Shown: in pieces, positions 49,676 to 59,990 of the stretch | Layout of the letters: the number at the start of each line of letters is the position of its first letter | Numbering within the stretch: position 1 is the first letter of the stretch | Notes under the pieces: generated by a model | Seen by the model: the letters and a program-made list of their open reading frames with translations, nothing else | What the model was told of the DNA's origin: nothing | Databases searched by the model: none | Position numbers and translations under genes: made by a program | NCBI GenBank assembly: GCA_963727775.1 | Contig: CAVSHB010000001.1 | Span: 832,001-896,000 of the forward strand | Reading direction: 5' to 3' | Source: an uncultured Nitrospiraceae bacterium | GTDB lineage: Bacteria; Nitrospirota; Thermodesulfovibrionia; Thermodesulfovibrionales; SM23-35 | Length of the DNA: 64,000 nt

Positions 49676-50788
49676 TCATCCCTCTTTCTGAGAATCTTCT
49701 TGAACGTCTTTAAGTTCGATAAATCTTTTGGCCCCGATAAACCTTTTGAAATAGTATGGCGTTTCGAGGCTGTCTATAGTGACTTTTCTGCTCCTTGATG
49801 AAGCATGTATAAAAAGGTTGTTCCCGAGGTAAATGCCCACGTGAGATGGAAAGGCCGCATATGTTTTGAAGAATACGAGATCGCCGGTAGAAAGCTCTTT
49901 TCCGTCAACAGGCATTCCTTCCCGGAATTGCTCTCTCGCGGAGCGGGGAAGGTTTACACCTATAAGGCTGTAAACTTTCTTAACATAAGCGGAACAATCA
50001 ATGCCTAAAAGACTGTTTCCGCCGAATCTGTACGGAATATCCAACATCTTTTTTGCAAACAGAATAAGTCTTTCTTGCATGCCTTTATCATTTAGATCAG
50101 TAGATATCGCTATATTTTCCGGACTATTTTCATTATGTCCCTGCGACAGGATTGCCTCATAGTTTTTCGGGTCGTCTTTTTCCGGTTCAGGCTCCAGTAG
50201 TATTTTTTGGCCCGGTTTCAGGACGTCTGTTTCGAGACTGTTAATCTCCCTGATCTCATCCACATCGACCGCGAACTTTTTTGCAATCTGGAAAATGTTG
50301 TCTCCCTTTTTTACTGTATAGGTTTTAGTGTCGACAGGTCCTAATCTTTTCACGATGAGCTGTTGACCGGGTTTCAGTTTATTTGTTTTTATGTTATTGA
50401 TCTCTTTAAGTTCGCTTACAGATAGCGAATATTTTCTGGACAATGAAGATAAGGTGTCTCCCTTTTTTATCATATGGACGGAAGGATCTCCAGTATTTCC
50501 AGTTGTCCTGGCAAAACTGTGTGCGCCAATCCTGTCATGTTTTTTTGCGAGCTTGTTTTTACGGCTATCTTTTTGTTTTGACGGAATACTTATCACGGCG
50601 CCGGGTTTAAGACTGTGGGGCTTCAGATTATTGGCTTTGATGATATTCTGCGGACTGACCTTGAATTTTTTTGCGATAGTATAAGGGTTGTCTCCTTTAT
50701 GAACTTTGTATGTCGTGTCGGCATAGACATTACATGATAAAAAAAATATAAATACAAAGTTAGCAATAAGAAAATAAAAACTTCTCAT
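49676..50788 (-). CDS. LysM x3 / NlpC-P60 peptidoglycan endopeptidase
   Basis: Three (V/I)xKGD LysM repeats; IDCS, SHVGIY, FIHAS. Confidence 0.93.
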   Translation of the reverse strand: MRSFYFLIANFVFIFFLSCNVYADTTYKVHKGDNPYTIAKKFKVSPQNIIKANNLKPHSLKPGAVISIPSKQKDSRKNKLAKKHDRIGAHSFARTTGNTGDPSVHMIKKGDTLSSLSRKYSLSVSELKEINNIKTNKLKPGQQLIVKRLGPVDTKTYTVKKGDNIFQIAKKFAVDVDEIREINSLETDVLKPGQKILLEPEPEKDDPKNYEAILSQGHNENSPENIAISTDLNDKGMQERLILFAKKMLDIPYRFGGNSLLGIDCSAYVKKVYSLIGVNLPRSAREQFREGMPVDGKELSTGDLVFFKTYAAFPSHVGIYLGNNLFIHASSRSRKVTIDSLETPYYFKRFIGAKRFIELKDVQEDSQKEG

Positions 50789-50804
50789 AAGCCACCTCCG
50801 TTAA

Positions 50805-51338
50805 TCATGCCGCCTCTTCACGTATCAAATCTTTCAGAGTAGGCAATTCTGTAAGGTCCTTTAACCCGAAATATTGTAAAAATTCTCTTGTCGTTCCGTA
50901 AAGAAAAGGCCTGCCGGGCGCTTCTTTACGGCCCATTATCTTTATAAGCCTTTTTTCATAAAGAGTTTTTATCGCGCTGTCTGAATTAACGCCCCTGATC
51001 TGTTCTACCTCCGCCCTGATTATGGGTTGTTTATATGCTATTATCGCAAGGGTTTCGAGGGCAGGCATTGAAAGTCTGCTCGCGGTATTTGAACTTCTGA
51101 ATTTTTTTATCCATTCAGCATGGAAGGGATTTGTAACCATCTGGTAACCACCGGCAACCTCGACGATAAGCAAACCGGAATCCCGTCCCGTATACTCTTC
51201 TATTAAGTCTCCCATTAGTCTCTTAATTTCAGGTTCGGGAATTTCCGTTATATCTTTTAATGAAACGGAAGTCAAGACTTCCCCTGAAAGAAAAAGAAAA
51301 GCTTCAAGAACAGACTTTATTTCTCTGTCTTCGATCAT
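50805..51338 (-). CDS. scpB: SMC-Scp complex subunit ScpB
   Basis: ALETLAIIAYKQP, PGRPFLYGTT, FGLKDLTELP. Confidence 0.96.
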   Translation of the reverse strand: MIEDREIKSVLEAFLFLSGEVLTSVSLKDITEIPEPEIKRLMGDLIEEYTGRDSGLLIVEVAGGYQMVTNPFHAEWIKKFRSSNTASRLSMPALETLAIIAYKQPIIRAEVEQIRGVNSDSAIKTLYEKRLIKIMGRKEAPGRPFLYGTTREFLQYFGLKDLTELPTLKDLIREEAA

Positions 51339-51374
51339 AAGACGCTATAAACATATCAAAAACGACAGAAAATA

Positions 51375-51551
51375 TCAATTAATTTCTTCAATAAATTCTT
51401 CGCTGATGATTTCCACGGCCTGCTGTCTGACACTCTTTTTATCAAACCCTTTCTTCCCTTTTTTGGTGGACACGCGATGGTCTCTGAGCTTCAGTACTGC
51501 CTCCATCGGCAAGCGGGGTTTGAGTTCCTTCTTTTTTGTGCGTTTTTTCAT
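51375..51551 (-). CDS. Small basic protein (58 aa), possibly ArfA-like
   Basis: Manual translation MKKRTKKKELKPRLPMEAVLKLRDHRVSTKKGKKGFDKKSVRQQAVEIISEEFIEEIN; fills the gap upstream of scpB. Confidence 0.6.
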   Translation of the reverse strand: MKKRTKKKELKPRLPMEAVLKLRDHRVSTKKGKKGFDKKSVRQQAVEIISEEFIEEIN

Positions 51552-51653
51552 CCGGAAAAAATAGAAAATAAATTATTATAAAGCACGAAAAATTGTATCA
51601 TCTGCTAAATATATTTTTGTATTATAATATTATAGAAGTTTTTTTATGATTAA

Positions 51654-52330
51654 ATGAAACCGGAGGGGATTATGCGCCAAAGTGGGAACCGTTTGCGTTT
51701 GAGGGCTGAGAAGGCTGAAAAAGACAAGGACACTTATCTTGAGATTATTGATGATCTCTGCGATTCATACTGTAGACTTGAGGGTCTTTTTATGGGATTT
51801 GTGACTGAAATAACCAATGCCCTTGACGAGAGGATGCTGCTGATGAAAGGCCATTCCCAGAGCGTAGCGGCGTATTCATTGAAGATTGCGAAAGAGATGG
51901 GTTTGCGCGAGGAAGAAATAGAGAAGCTCCGCCTTGCTGCCCTGCTCCACGATATCGGTCACATAGTCATTTCCGACGAATATATAAATAAACCGGCGAG
52001 GCTGACCAATGAAGAGTTCGAATTTGTTAAGAAACATACCGTTAAGGGCGCATCGATCTTAAAAAGGATCAACCAATTGCAGGATATAGTCCCTCTGATT
52101 AAATACCACCATGAACGTATTGACGGAAACGGATATCCCGACGGACTCAGGGGAGAAGAAATTCCCATAGGCGCAAGGATACTCCATATAGCGGACTCGT
52201 TTGATTCAATGACCGCCGACAGGCCTTATAGGACGGCGCCGGGAAGGAATATGCCTTCATGGAAATTAAGAGGTGTAATAACACGCAGTTTGACCCTAAA
52301 GTTGCAAAGTTTGCGCTGAAGGTGTTGTGA
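51654..52330 (+). pseudogene. HD-GYP phosphodiesterase with a 3' frameshift
   Basis: GHS, LHDIG, HHERIDGNGYP, DRPYR; conserved tail KEYAFMEIKRCNNTQFDPKV lies in another frame after about 52242. Confidence 0.75.
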
Positions 52331-52467
52331 GCACCGCGTCGCAGCTTTGCCCGTCATGCTGATTCTGTTAAAACCATGCCTCAGGTATGATGGAAATAAA
52401 GACTGCTGCTGATGCATAGCTTTGCAGAAATCGACACGAGCCTTCGGCTCACAAAGGAGTATGAAAA

Positions 52468-52517
52468 TAACTCCCCCTCGCCCCCTCTTAGTTTAAGAGG
52501 GGGTTTGGGAGGCGTTA
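52468..52517. repeat. REP-like palindrome (copy 1)
   Basis: TAAC..CCCCCTCTTA-GTT-TAAGAGGGGG..GTTA. Confidence 0.65.
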
Positions 52518-52570
52518 ATTAAAATAAATAGAATCATTTTCGGGTCAATGTTATTGAAAGGTATTTTTAT

Positions 52571-53668
52571 TTGAAAAGAGTTGTAGTGAAGATCGGCAGC
52601 AATATACTTGCCGATAAAAAAGAAGGGCTTGACACAAGAAGAATCCTGGCAATAGCCCACGATATTTCCGAACTGCTGGATTCGGGATTTGAAGTTGTGG
52701 TTGTCTCATCCGGTGCCATTGCCGCAGGGATGGGAAAGCTCGGACTGAAGGAAAAGCCGAAGGACATAAAACTCAAGCAGGCTGCTGCGGCTGTAGGACA
52801 GAGCAGCTTGATGTGGGCATATGAGAGAAGCTTTGGAGAATTTGGTAAGAAAGTTGCTCAGATATTGCTCACGCGCGATGATTTTTCCGACAGGAAAAGA
52901 TATATCAACTCCAAGAATACTTTGCTTACACTGCTTTCATACGGGATTGTACCGATAATTAATGAAAATGACACGGTTTCTACAGACGAGATAAGGTTCG
53001 GCGACAATGATTATCTTGCTTCATTGGTGGCCGGCCTTATCGAAGCGGAAAGGCTCATTATTCTTTCAGACGTAGAAGGGTTGTATACGGAGGACCCGAG
53101 GTACAGCGCGAAAGCGAGTCTTATTGAATGTGTTGATGAAATAACGGACGAAATCGAAAAAAGGGCGGGCGGCGCAGGAAGCGCCTTAGGCACGGGAGGT
53201 ATGTATTCAAAAGTATTGGCCGCAAAAAGGGCGATAAGCAACGGCGTAACGGTACATATTATAAGCGGGAGAAGGACCGGGCTTATTAAATCTCTTATGG
53301 AAGGTAACCGCTGTGGTACTTTATTCAAACCGAAAATAGAAAAGCTTTCCTCAAGGAAAGGGTGGATCGCCTATGGCAGCCGTTCAAAGGGGAACCTCGT
53401 AATCGATGAAGGCGCTGTGAGCGCTCTGGTAAAAGGCGGCAAGAGTCTTCTGCCATCCGGGATTGTATCGGTTGAAGGTAATTTCGATACGGGTGATGCT
53501 GTTTATTGTCTTGATTCCGGGGGCAACCGCGTCGCCAAGGGACTGATTAACTATTCTTCTTCAGAGGTAATAAAAATTAAAGGCAGGAAGACATCGGAGA
53601 TCGAAAGAATCCTCGGATATAAATATTCCGATGAGGCAATACACAGAGATAATCTGGTTTTGGTTTGA
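52571..53668 (+). CDS. proB: Glutamate 5-kinase with PUA domain
   Basis: VVKIGS, SSGAI, INENDT, FGDND, GTGGM. Confidence 0.96.
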   Translation: MKRVVVKIGSNILADKKEGLDTRRILAIAHDISELLDSGFEVVVVSSGAIAAGMGKLGLKEKPKDIKLKQAAAAVGQSSLMWAYERSFGEFGKKVAQILLTRDDFSDRKRYINSKNTLLTLLSYGIVPIINENDTVSTDEIRFGDNDYLASLVAGLIEAERLIILSDVEGLYTEDPRYSAKASLIECVDEITDEIEKRAGGAGSALGTGGMYSKVLAAKRAISNGVTVHIISGRRTGLIKSLMEGNRCGTLFKPKIEKLSSRKGWIAYGSRSKGNLVIDEGAVSALVKGGKSLLPSGIVSVEGNFDTGDAVYCLDSGGNRVAKGLINYSSSEVIKIKGRKTSEIERILGYKYSDEAIHRDNLVLV

Positions 53669-53680
53669 ATCACTTCTATA

Positions 53681-54208
53681 CTAACGAGAGATTTTTTTCA
53701 ATAACCCGCGGGCATTCATGAAAATATCTATATGAGTATCTTCCTGATAATCCCTGAATGTAAAAAGATGTGGTTTGAACGTGCCTTCTTTCTGGTGAAA
53801 TATGAGTGTGACCTCTCCATAAATACCTTTCCCCAGGTTGAGGCGGTGTGAATAGTTCTTTGTGGAAGCAAGGACTACCTTTGCAAGGGTAAGGTAGCCG
53901 GGGTCTATGTTTATCAGTCTTTTGCCGCTGACAGAGAATGAAGCCTCAACCTCATTTGTCTTTATCTTAATATCGGCGAGTGTCCCGGTATTGAAAAGGT
54001 CTTTAAAGAAGATGAACCGACGTTCTATGGGAGAGCCGAGTTCGTTTCTGTAATAAACAGAGTAGTCCCATGGGAGGGGAGGGCTGACCGACAGACTGTC
54101 GCCGAAAATGTTTTCGAGGATTATTTTCGTATGCGCGAATATCTCCGGATCGGAATAAAGTGCGCCTGTGAAGAGTAAAGCAGCTTCAGGAGGTCTGATT
54201 TTCCCCAC
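53681..54208 (-). CDS. DUF4416-like protein
   Basis: RLINIDPGYL, LASTKNYSHR. Confidence 0.8.
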   Translation of the reverse strand: MGKIRPPEAALLFTGALYSDPEIFAHTKIILENIFGDSLSVSPPLPWDYSVYYRNELGSPIERRFIFFKDLFNTGTLADIKIKTNEVEASFSVSGKRLINIDPGYLTLAKVVLASTKNYSHRLNLGKGIYGEVTLIFHQKEGTFKPHLFTFRDYQEDTHIDIFMNARGLLKKISR

Positions 54209-54244
54209 AATTCGTCAGCCGGTCATCAACTGGAAATTCAATTA

Positions 54245-54772
54245 TTAAGGTTCTTTTATAAGGTCCCGGAATGCTGAGATGGCTTGAGGCGAATCCCATT
54301 CGGCAGGACCGATCACCTTGTCCCTTAAAATTCCCTTCTTATCGATAATGTACGTCTCAGGCACGCCGGTAATCGCGAATATTTTGGCCGCTGATTCATC
54401 GGAGTTGAGGTAGACAGGGAAGGTAAGCCCATTCTCCTTCATAAAACCGGATGCCCTTTGAGCATCGTCTTTATAAAGAATTGTCACCATCTTGAATTGC
54501 GGGTTTCCTGAAAAAACCCCGGACAACCTCTCGACAGACGGCAATTCTTCAACGCATGATCCGCACCACGTTGCCCAGAAGTTTACAAATACAACCGACC
54601 CTTTCATATCGGAAAGGCTGATTTTGTTTTTGTTCATGTCGAGGATATTGAAATTCGGCACCGGGCTTCCGATTGTTGCCATTCTTGGACTGCGCTCAGT
54701 CTTTAGAACCAAAAAAGCGACTATTATCCCGCACAGTACTATTAACGTAATGATCAGAGGTTTGATTTTCAC
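54245..54772 (-). CDS. TlpA/ResA thiol-disulfide oxidoreductase
   Basis: NFWATWCGSC; GVPETY. Confidence 0.92.
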   Translation of the reverse strand: MKIKPLIITLIVLCGIIVAFLVLKTERSPRMATIGSPVPNFNILDMNKNKISLSDMKGSVVFVNFWATWCGSCVEELPSVERLSGVFSGNPQFKMVTILYKDDAQRASGFMKENGLTFPVYLNSDESAAKIFAITGVPETYIIDKKGILRDKVIGPAEWDSPQAISAFRDLIKEP

Positions 54773-54778
54773 CTGAGA

Positions 54779-57220
54779 TTAATTTGCACCGGACAAGATG
54801 GGAACGTCTTCCTCTATAAAAGCAGGACTGTCGCCTTCGAGAACAATGTTGATCTTGTGCGAATCCTTGAATCTGCCTTTGAGGAGTTCTTCGGACAGAG
54901 GGTCCTCTATTGTTTTTTGGACGGCTCTCCTCATGGGTCTCGCGCCATATGTCGGCTGATAGTAATGCTGGATGATCCATTCCTTTACTTCATGCGACAC
55001 TTCAATGACAAGCTCCTGCTGTTCGATGAGCAGCCTGTTTGTCTCTTCAACAAGTAAATCAATGATCGAGAACAGATGGCTTTTTTCAAGCGGGTGAAAC
55101 ACTACTGTCTCGTCAACGCGATTCAGAAATTCGGGATTGAACGTCTTCTTCAGCTCATTCAAAACGTTTTCCTTTATCTTCTCATAGACCATTTCCGAAA
55201 TGTTCCTCTGGAAACCTAAAGGAGTTGCTTTCTCGATCAAGCGCGCCCCGAGGTTTGAGGTCATGATGATTACCGTGTTCCTGAAATCTACTTTTCTTCC
55301 GTAATTATCCGTCAGCACCCCTTCATCAAGCACCTGAAGGAGTATATTAAACACCTCGGGATGGGCCTTCTCTATTTCATCGAACAGCACCACTGAATAA
55401 GGCCTTTTTCTTATCTTTTCCGTAAGCTGGCCGCCTTCTTCATACCCGACATATCCCGGAGGCGCCCCTGTCAGTCTGGAGACGTTGAACTTCTCCATAT
55501 ACTCCGACATATCGATCTTTATGAGCGAGGTATCGTCATTAAACAGGAACGATGCCAGCGCCTTGGCAAGTTCCGTCTTACCGACGCCGGTTGGTCCAAG
55601 GAAAAAGAAAGAACCTATCGGTTTCTTGTTGGATTTAAGCCCGGCCCTTGATCTTCTGATAGCCCTTGAGACGGCCTTAATCGCTTCTTCCTGGCCTATG
55701 ATCCTCTTGTGAAGGCTCTCTTCCATCCTGATCAGTTTCTCGGATTCTTTTTCTTCAAGCCTGGACAGAGGTATTCCCGTCATCTTTGATACGGTGTATT
55801 CAATATCCTCTACGCTCACTAAGGGTATATCCTTATTTAAATTCTCTATCCACTGTCTGTGCAACTGTTCATGCACCCTTTTGAGCCGTTCTTCTTCCAG
55901 CCGTATAGAAGAAGCCTTTTCGAGATCGTGCAATTTTATATAAAGATTTTTCTCTTTCGAAAACCTCTGTATGTCATTCTCGATTTCCTTTAATTCCTGC
56001 GGAGGGGTATACTTCTTCAGCTTGATCCTTGACCCGGTCTCGTCAATGACATCGATTGCCTTATCGGGGAGATATCTGTCGGAGATGTATCTGTCCGATA
56101 ATCTTGCCGCAATCTCTATCGCAGTCTCGCTTATCTTGACCTTATGGAAAGACTCGTATCTCGGTTTCAGTCCTTTAAGAATATTTATCGTGTTTTCGAT
56201 ATTCGGCGGCTGTATATAGATAGGCTGGAATCTGCGTTCCAATGCGCCGTCTTTTTCTATATGTTTTCTGTATTCATCCGGTGTAGTCGCACCGATACAC
56301 TGCATCTCCCCGCGTGATAAAGCGGGTTTAAGCATACTCGATGCGTCGACGGAACCCTCTGCCGCGCCGGCGCCTATCAGTGTGTGCAACTCGTCAATAA
56401 AGAGAATAATATTGTCCGATTGGGCGATTTCCTTCATCACGATCTTCAATCTCTCTTCGAACTGCCCCCTGTATTTTGTACCGGCAATTAACGCGCCGAG
56501 ATCGAGGGAAACAATTCTCTTGCCTATCAGGCTGTCTGGTATGTTCCCTGAGATGATTTTTTGCGCGAGCCCTTCGACTATTGCGGTTTTGCCGACGCCG
56601 GGTTCGCCTATAACAACCGGGTTATTTTTTATCCTGCGGCCGAGTATCTGGACAAGTCTCTCGATTTCATCTTCCCTGCCTATTACAGGATCGAGTTTTC
56701 CTTCTTTGGCCAGCAGCGTCAGGTCTCTCCCGAACTCATCAAGCGCCGGGGTCGTGCTCTTCTTGTCCTTTACATTAGAGTGTGCCCTTATTGAAAAGTT
56801 GATGGTGAGCTGTCTTGCCCCGAGAAGGTTGGCGCCGAAACTCCTCAATATCTTGCCGCCTATGCCTTCCTCTTCTCTTATCAGACCGAGAAAGATGTGT
56901 TCACTTCCGATATAATTGTGGCCGAGGAGACGCGCTTCTTCAACAGCGAGTTCGAGGACTTTTTTGGCGCGGGGTGTAAAAGGGATGTCCCCGAAGGTCA
57001 TGAGGTTAGTACCCTGAGGAAGGTTTCTTTCTATCTCCAGACGGACTTCTTCAGCAGTGATGCCCATCCTTTTCAGAATAGCTATCGGCAGGCCATCATC
57101 TTCTTTTAAGACTGCAAGTAATAAGTGCTCTGTCCCGAGATAATCGTTTTGGCGTTTCTCGGCCTCTTCCTTTGCATAGATGATTACCTTCCTGCCACGC
57201 TCTGTAAACTTCTCAAACAT
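54779..57220 (-). CDS. clpC: Clp protease ATP-binding subunit ClpC
   Basis: MFEKFTER Clp-N repeats; GEPGVGKT; UVR-like linker; GPTGVGKT. Confidence 0.95.
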   Translation of the reverse strand: MFEKFTERGRKVIIYAKEEAEKRQNDYLGTEHLLLAVLKEDDGLPIAILKRMGITAEEVRLEIERNLPQGTNLMTFGDIPFTPRAKKVLELAVEEARLLGHNYIGSEHIFLGLIREEEGIGGKILRSFGANLLGARQLTINFSIRAHSNVKDKKSTTPALDEFGRDLTLLAKEGKLDPVIGREDEIERLVQILGRRIKNNPVVIGEPGVGKTAIVEGLAQKIISGNIPDSLIGKRIVSLDLGALIAGTKYRGQFEERLKIVMKEIAQSDNIILFIDELHTLIGAGAAEGSVDASSMLKPALSRGEMQCIGATTPDEYRKHIEKDGALERRFQPIYIQPPNIENTINILKGLKPRYESFHKVKISETAIEIAARLSDRYISDRYLPDKAIDVIDETGSRIKLKKYTPPQELKEIENDIQRFSKEKNLYIKLHDLEKASSIRLEEERLKRVHEQLHRQWIENLNKDIPLVSVEDIEYTVSKMTGIPLSRLEEKESEKLIRMEESLHKRIIGQEEAIKAVSRAIRRSRAGLKSNKKPIGSFFFLGPTGVGKTELAKALASFLFNDDTSLIKIDMSEYMEKFNVSRLTGAPPGYVGYEEGGQLTEKIRKRPYSVVLFDEIEKAHPEVFNILLQVLDEGVLTDNYGRKVDFRNTVIIMTSNLGARLIEKATPLGFQRNISEMVYEKIKENVLNELKKTFNPEFLNRVDETVVFHPLEKSHLFSIIDLLVEETNRLLIEQQELVIEVSHEVKEWIIQHYYQPTYGARPMRRAVQKTIEDPLSEELLKGRFKDSHKINIVLEGDSPAFIEEDVPILSGAN

Positions 57221-57240
57221 TTTAACTCCTATTTAGTTAA

Positions 57241-57269
57241 ATGATACTTCTTTTATCGTCTAAAGTCAA
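57241..57269 (-). promoter_or_regulatory. Sigma-70 promoter for clpC
   Basis: TTGACT-17 bp-TATCAT. Confidence 0.55.
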
Positions 57270-57339
57270 CAACGGCGCAACGTCCAAAGCAGCGATATTC
57301 CTTTCTATCCGGCGTATAATAATGATAATATTTAGACTA

Positions 57340-57522
57340 ATGAAAGAGAGAGGGATTGCTGAAATCGGAGCGAAAAAGGATGCGGATAAAGACAAGCTGC
57401 GGATTAAAAATAAGGATGTCCCGCAGGGTCATACAATGAATATCTGCACCAATGTTTCATGCCGTTTGAGGAAAGCGGGGTGCAGGGGATTTGAGGGTTG
57501 CCCCGGATATATGTCAAAATAG
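57340..57522 (+). CDS. Small protein with a four-Cys C-terminus
   Basis: CTNVSC..GCRGFEGCPG; upstream of lemA. Confidence 0.5.
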   Translation: MKERGIAEIGAKKDADKDKLRIKNKDVPQGHTMNICTNVSCRLRKAGCRGFEGCPGYMSK

Positions 57523-57549
57523 GTTCATATAAAAATTGAGGAGGATACT

Positions 57550-58128
57550 GTGAAAAAGCTGGCGTATATTATTTTTTCCGTTATGGTTTTGAGTGTCTCA
57601 GGGTGCGGCTATAATACCATGCAGGCAAATGAAGAAGCGGTGAAGGCCGCATGGGGCAATATCGAGGCGACGTATCAGAGGAGGAGTGATCTTATTCCGA
57701 ATCTTGTTGAAGTCGTAAAGGCATATGCAAAACATGAGAGGGAGACCCTTACCGCGGTGACAGAGGCGCGGGCAAAAGTCGGCACTATACAAGCGTCAAA
57801 GGTGGTTGATGACCCCAAGGCTTTCGCGCAGTTCCAGCAGGCGCAGGCGGCGATGAGCAGCGCGCTGTCGAGGCTTATGGTTGTAGTTGAAAAATATCCC
57901 GACCTGAAAGCCAACCAGAACTTTCAGGACCTACAGCATCAGCTTGAAGGAACGGAGAACAGGATCAACGTTGCGCGTACACGGTATAATAAAGCTGTGG
58001 AGGCATTTAATACCTCAATAAGGGTGTTCCCGAACAGCCTCACTAATTCCATGCTGTTACACCTGAAACTTAAAGAGCCGTTTAAGGCTGAGGCGGGAGC
58101 TGAAAAGGCGCCTCAGGTTAAATTCTAA
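57550..58128 (+). CDS. lemA: LemA family lipoprotein
   Basis: [33 protein letters not shown]. Confidence 0.95.
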   Translation: MKKLAYIIFSVMVLSVSGCGYNTMQANEEAVKAAWGNIEATYQRRSDLIPNLVEVVKAYAKHERETLTAVTEARAKVGTIQASKVVDDPKAFAQFQQAQAAMSSALSRLMVVVEKYPDLKANQNFQDLQHQLEGTENRINVARTRYNKAVEAFNTSIRVFPNSLTNSMLLHLKLKEPFKAEAGAEKAPQVKF

Positions 58129-58135
58129 GGTTACA

Positions 58136-59104
58136 ATGAAAAGCATAATGGAACAGGCCGGATACACGATGCACGATTGTTCTCTGCTTCCGACGCACCC
58201 TTTAGTAACCCCTCCATCCTCCCCTTATTTAAGGGGAGGCAAGGTGGGGTTAATTCTTTTTTCTTTTTTCTTTTTGTTTCTGATTTCTTCTGCCTATGCC
58301 CTTGACGTACCGAAGCTTCAGGGCTATGTGAATGATTATGGTGGCATGATGTCTACCCGGGCAGCAACAGCACTTGACAATGAGCTGCGAAATTTTGAGC
58401 GAACGGATTCGACACAGATAGTGGTCCTGACAATCCCGTCACTTGAAGGTGAAGTTATCGAGGACTTCGGCATTAAAGTAGCGGAGGCCTGGAAGATCGG
58501 CCAGAAGATGAAGGACAATGGCGTGATTTTTATTGTCGCAAAACAGGACAGAAAAATAAGAGTCGAGGTCGGGCGTGGGCTTGAGGGCAGGCTGACGGAT
58601 TTAATGTCAGGCAGGCTAATTGACCTTGTCGTAAAACCCAGGTTCAAGAGAGGGGATTTTGACGGTGGGTTTATTGCCGGGGTCTCAGCGCTTATCGATG
58701 CTACCAGAGGAGAATTCAAGGGGGACGGGAACCACCGTCCGCAAAAACATGAGAGATATTCGCAGGTTTTTACTTACATAATTTTTGGCGGTATTATTCT
58801 CCTTGCCCTCGGCAGTCTCTCGCGCGTTCTCGGAGGGATTGCAGGGGCCATTGTTCTGCCCCTGATTGTTTTTCTTGCCGGATTTTCCAGCTTGATTGTA
58901 TTAATTGTTTTTGCGGTTTTGGGAGTAGTTGCGGGAATATTCCTGCCGGCGCTGTTTTCATCCGGAGGGCGTTTTGGAGGCGGAGGTTTTTGGCCCGGAG
59001 GTTTTTTCGGGTCCGGCGGAGGGGCCAGCGGAGGTGATTTCGGAGGAGGTTTCAGCGGCGGCGGCGGTGATTTCGGCGGCGGCGGAGCGTCAGGAGACTG
59101 GTGA
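58136..59104 (+). CDS. TPM-domain (YgcG-like) membrane protein
   Basis: VNDYGG, RVEVGRGLEG, Gly-rich tail GGGGASGDW. Confidence 0.9.
   Translation: MKSIMEQAGYTMHDCSLLPTHPLVTPPSSPYLRGGKVGLILFSFFFLFLISSAYALDVPKLQGYVNDYGGMMSTRAATALDNELRNFERTDSTQIVVLTIPSLEGEVIEDFGIKVAEAWKIGQKMKDNGVIFIVAKQDRKIRVEVGRGLEGRLTDLMSGRLIDLVVKPRFKRGDFDGGFIAGVSALIDATRGEFKGDGNHRPQKHERYSQVFTYIIFGGIILLALGSLSRVLGGIAGAIVLPLIVFLAGFSSLIVLIVFAVLGVVAGIFLPALFSSGGRFGGGGFWPGGFFGSGGGASGGDFGGGFSGGGGDFGGGGASGDW
58206..58252. repeat. REP-like palindrome (copy 2, in the TPM 5' region)
   Basis: TAACCCC..CCTCCCCTTA-TT-TAAGGGGAGG..GGGGTTA. Confidence 0.65.
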
Positions 59105-59748
59105 TGAAACAAAAGGTTAAGGCAGAAAATTTCTTTAGAAAAGAAGAACGGGAAAGGATAACGCAGACCATCCATGATGTCGAGTCGCGCACAATCGGAG
59201 AGGTTGTGGTTATGGTGGTTGACAGCAGTGATCCATACCATGAAGCAGATGTGATGGGTGGAGTCATTCTCGGAAGTCTTTTATCACTTATTGCAACTGT
59301 TTTATTTTTTCATTCGTCCATATGGTTTTATATTCCGCTGAGTTTACTGTTCTTTTTCCCTTCAAAGTTTATATTCGGCAAAGCACCGATTCTGAAAACG
59401 GTATTCATAAATCTGCGAAAAAAAGAACGCGCCGTAAAGAAAAGGGCTGTAAACGTATTCTATGAAAAGGGGCTTTATAAGACAAAAAAGAATACCGGGG
59501 TCTTGTTCTTCCTCTCCCTGCTCGAAAGGAAGGTCTGGGTCCTTGCCGACAAAGGTATTTATGAAAAGATCGAACAAAAAACATTGAACAAATTTGCAAA
59601 TATTGTTTCTCAGGGTATTAAAGATGACCGTGCCTGTGATGCATTATGCGGGGCCATCAAAGAAGCCGGAAGCCTGCTTGCCGAGCATTTCCCGATCACG
59701 CCGGACGACGTCGATGAACTGCCTGATGAAGTAATTACCGAAGAATAA
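59101..59748 (+). CDS. TPM-like membrane protein (lemA operon partner)
   Basis: ESRTIGEV, TGVLFFLSLLER, LADKGI, ELPD. Confidence 0.88.
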   Translation: MMKQKVKAENFFRKEERERITQTIHDVESRTIGEVVVMVVDSSDPYHEADVMGGVILGSLLSLIATVLFFHSSIWFYIPLSLLFFFPSKFIFGKAPILKTVFINLRKKERAVKKRAVNVFYEKGLYKTKKNTGVLFFLSLLERKVWVLADKGIYEKIEQKTLNKFANIVSQGIKDDRACDALCGAIKEAGSLLAEHFPITPDDVDELPDEVITEE

Positions 59749-59823
59749 AACTCTTAATCTTCGATTATTGAAGGGGTCAGGCGGTTTATGATATGGTATA
59801 ATACACTTCGTAAAAATTGCTTT

Positions 59824-59897
59824 TGGGGAGTCGTCCAGCGGCAGGACGGCAGGCTCTGGATCTGCTTACAGGGGTTCGAATCCTCTCTCCCCAGCCA
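59824..59897 (+). tRNA. tRNA-Gln(CTG)
   Basis: TGGGGAG/CTCCCCA acceptor stem; loop CTCTGGA; GTTCGAATC; CCA. Confidence 0.95.
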
Positions 59898-59900
59898 ATC

Positions 59901-59976
59901 GGTCCCATCGTCTAGAGGCCTAGGACGTGGCCCTCTCAAGGCTAAAACACGGGTTCAAATCCCGTTGGGACCGCCA
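59901..59976 (+). tRNA. tRNA-Glu(CTC)
   Basis: GGTCCCA/TGGGACC acceptor stem; loop CTCTCAA; GTTCAAATC; CCA. Confidence 0.95.
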
Positions 59977-59990
59977 ATAAAATCAACAGG

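Noticed and set aside
58960..59104. GGC/GGA-rich repeat
   Set aside because: Normal Gly-rich tail of TPM/YgcG proteins
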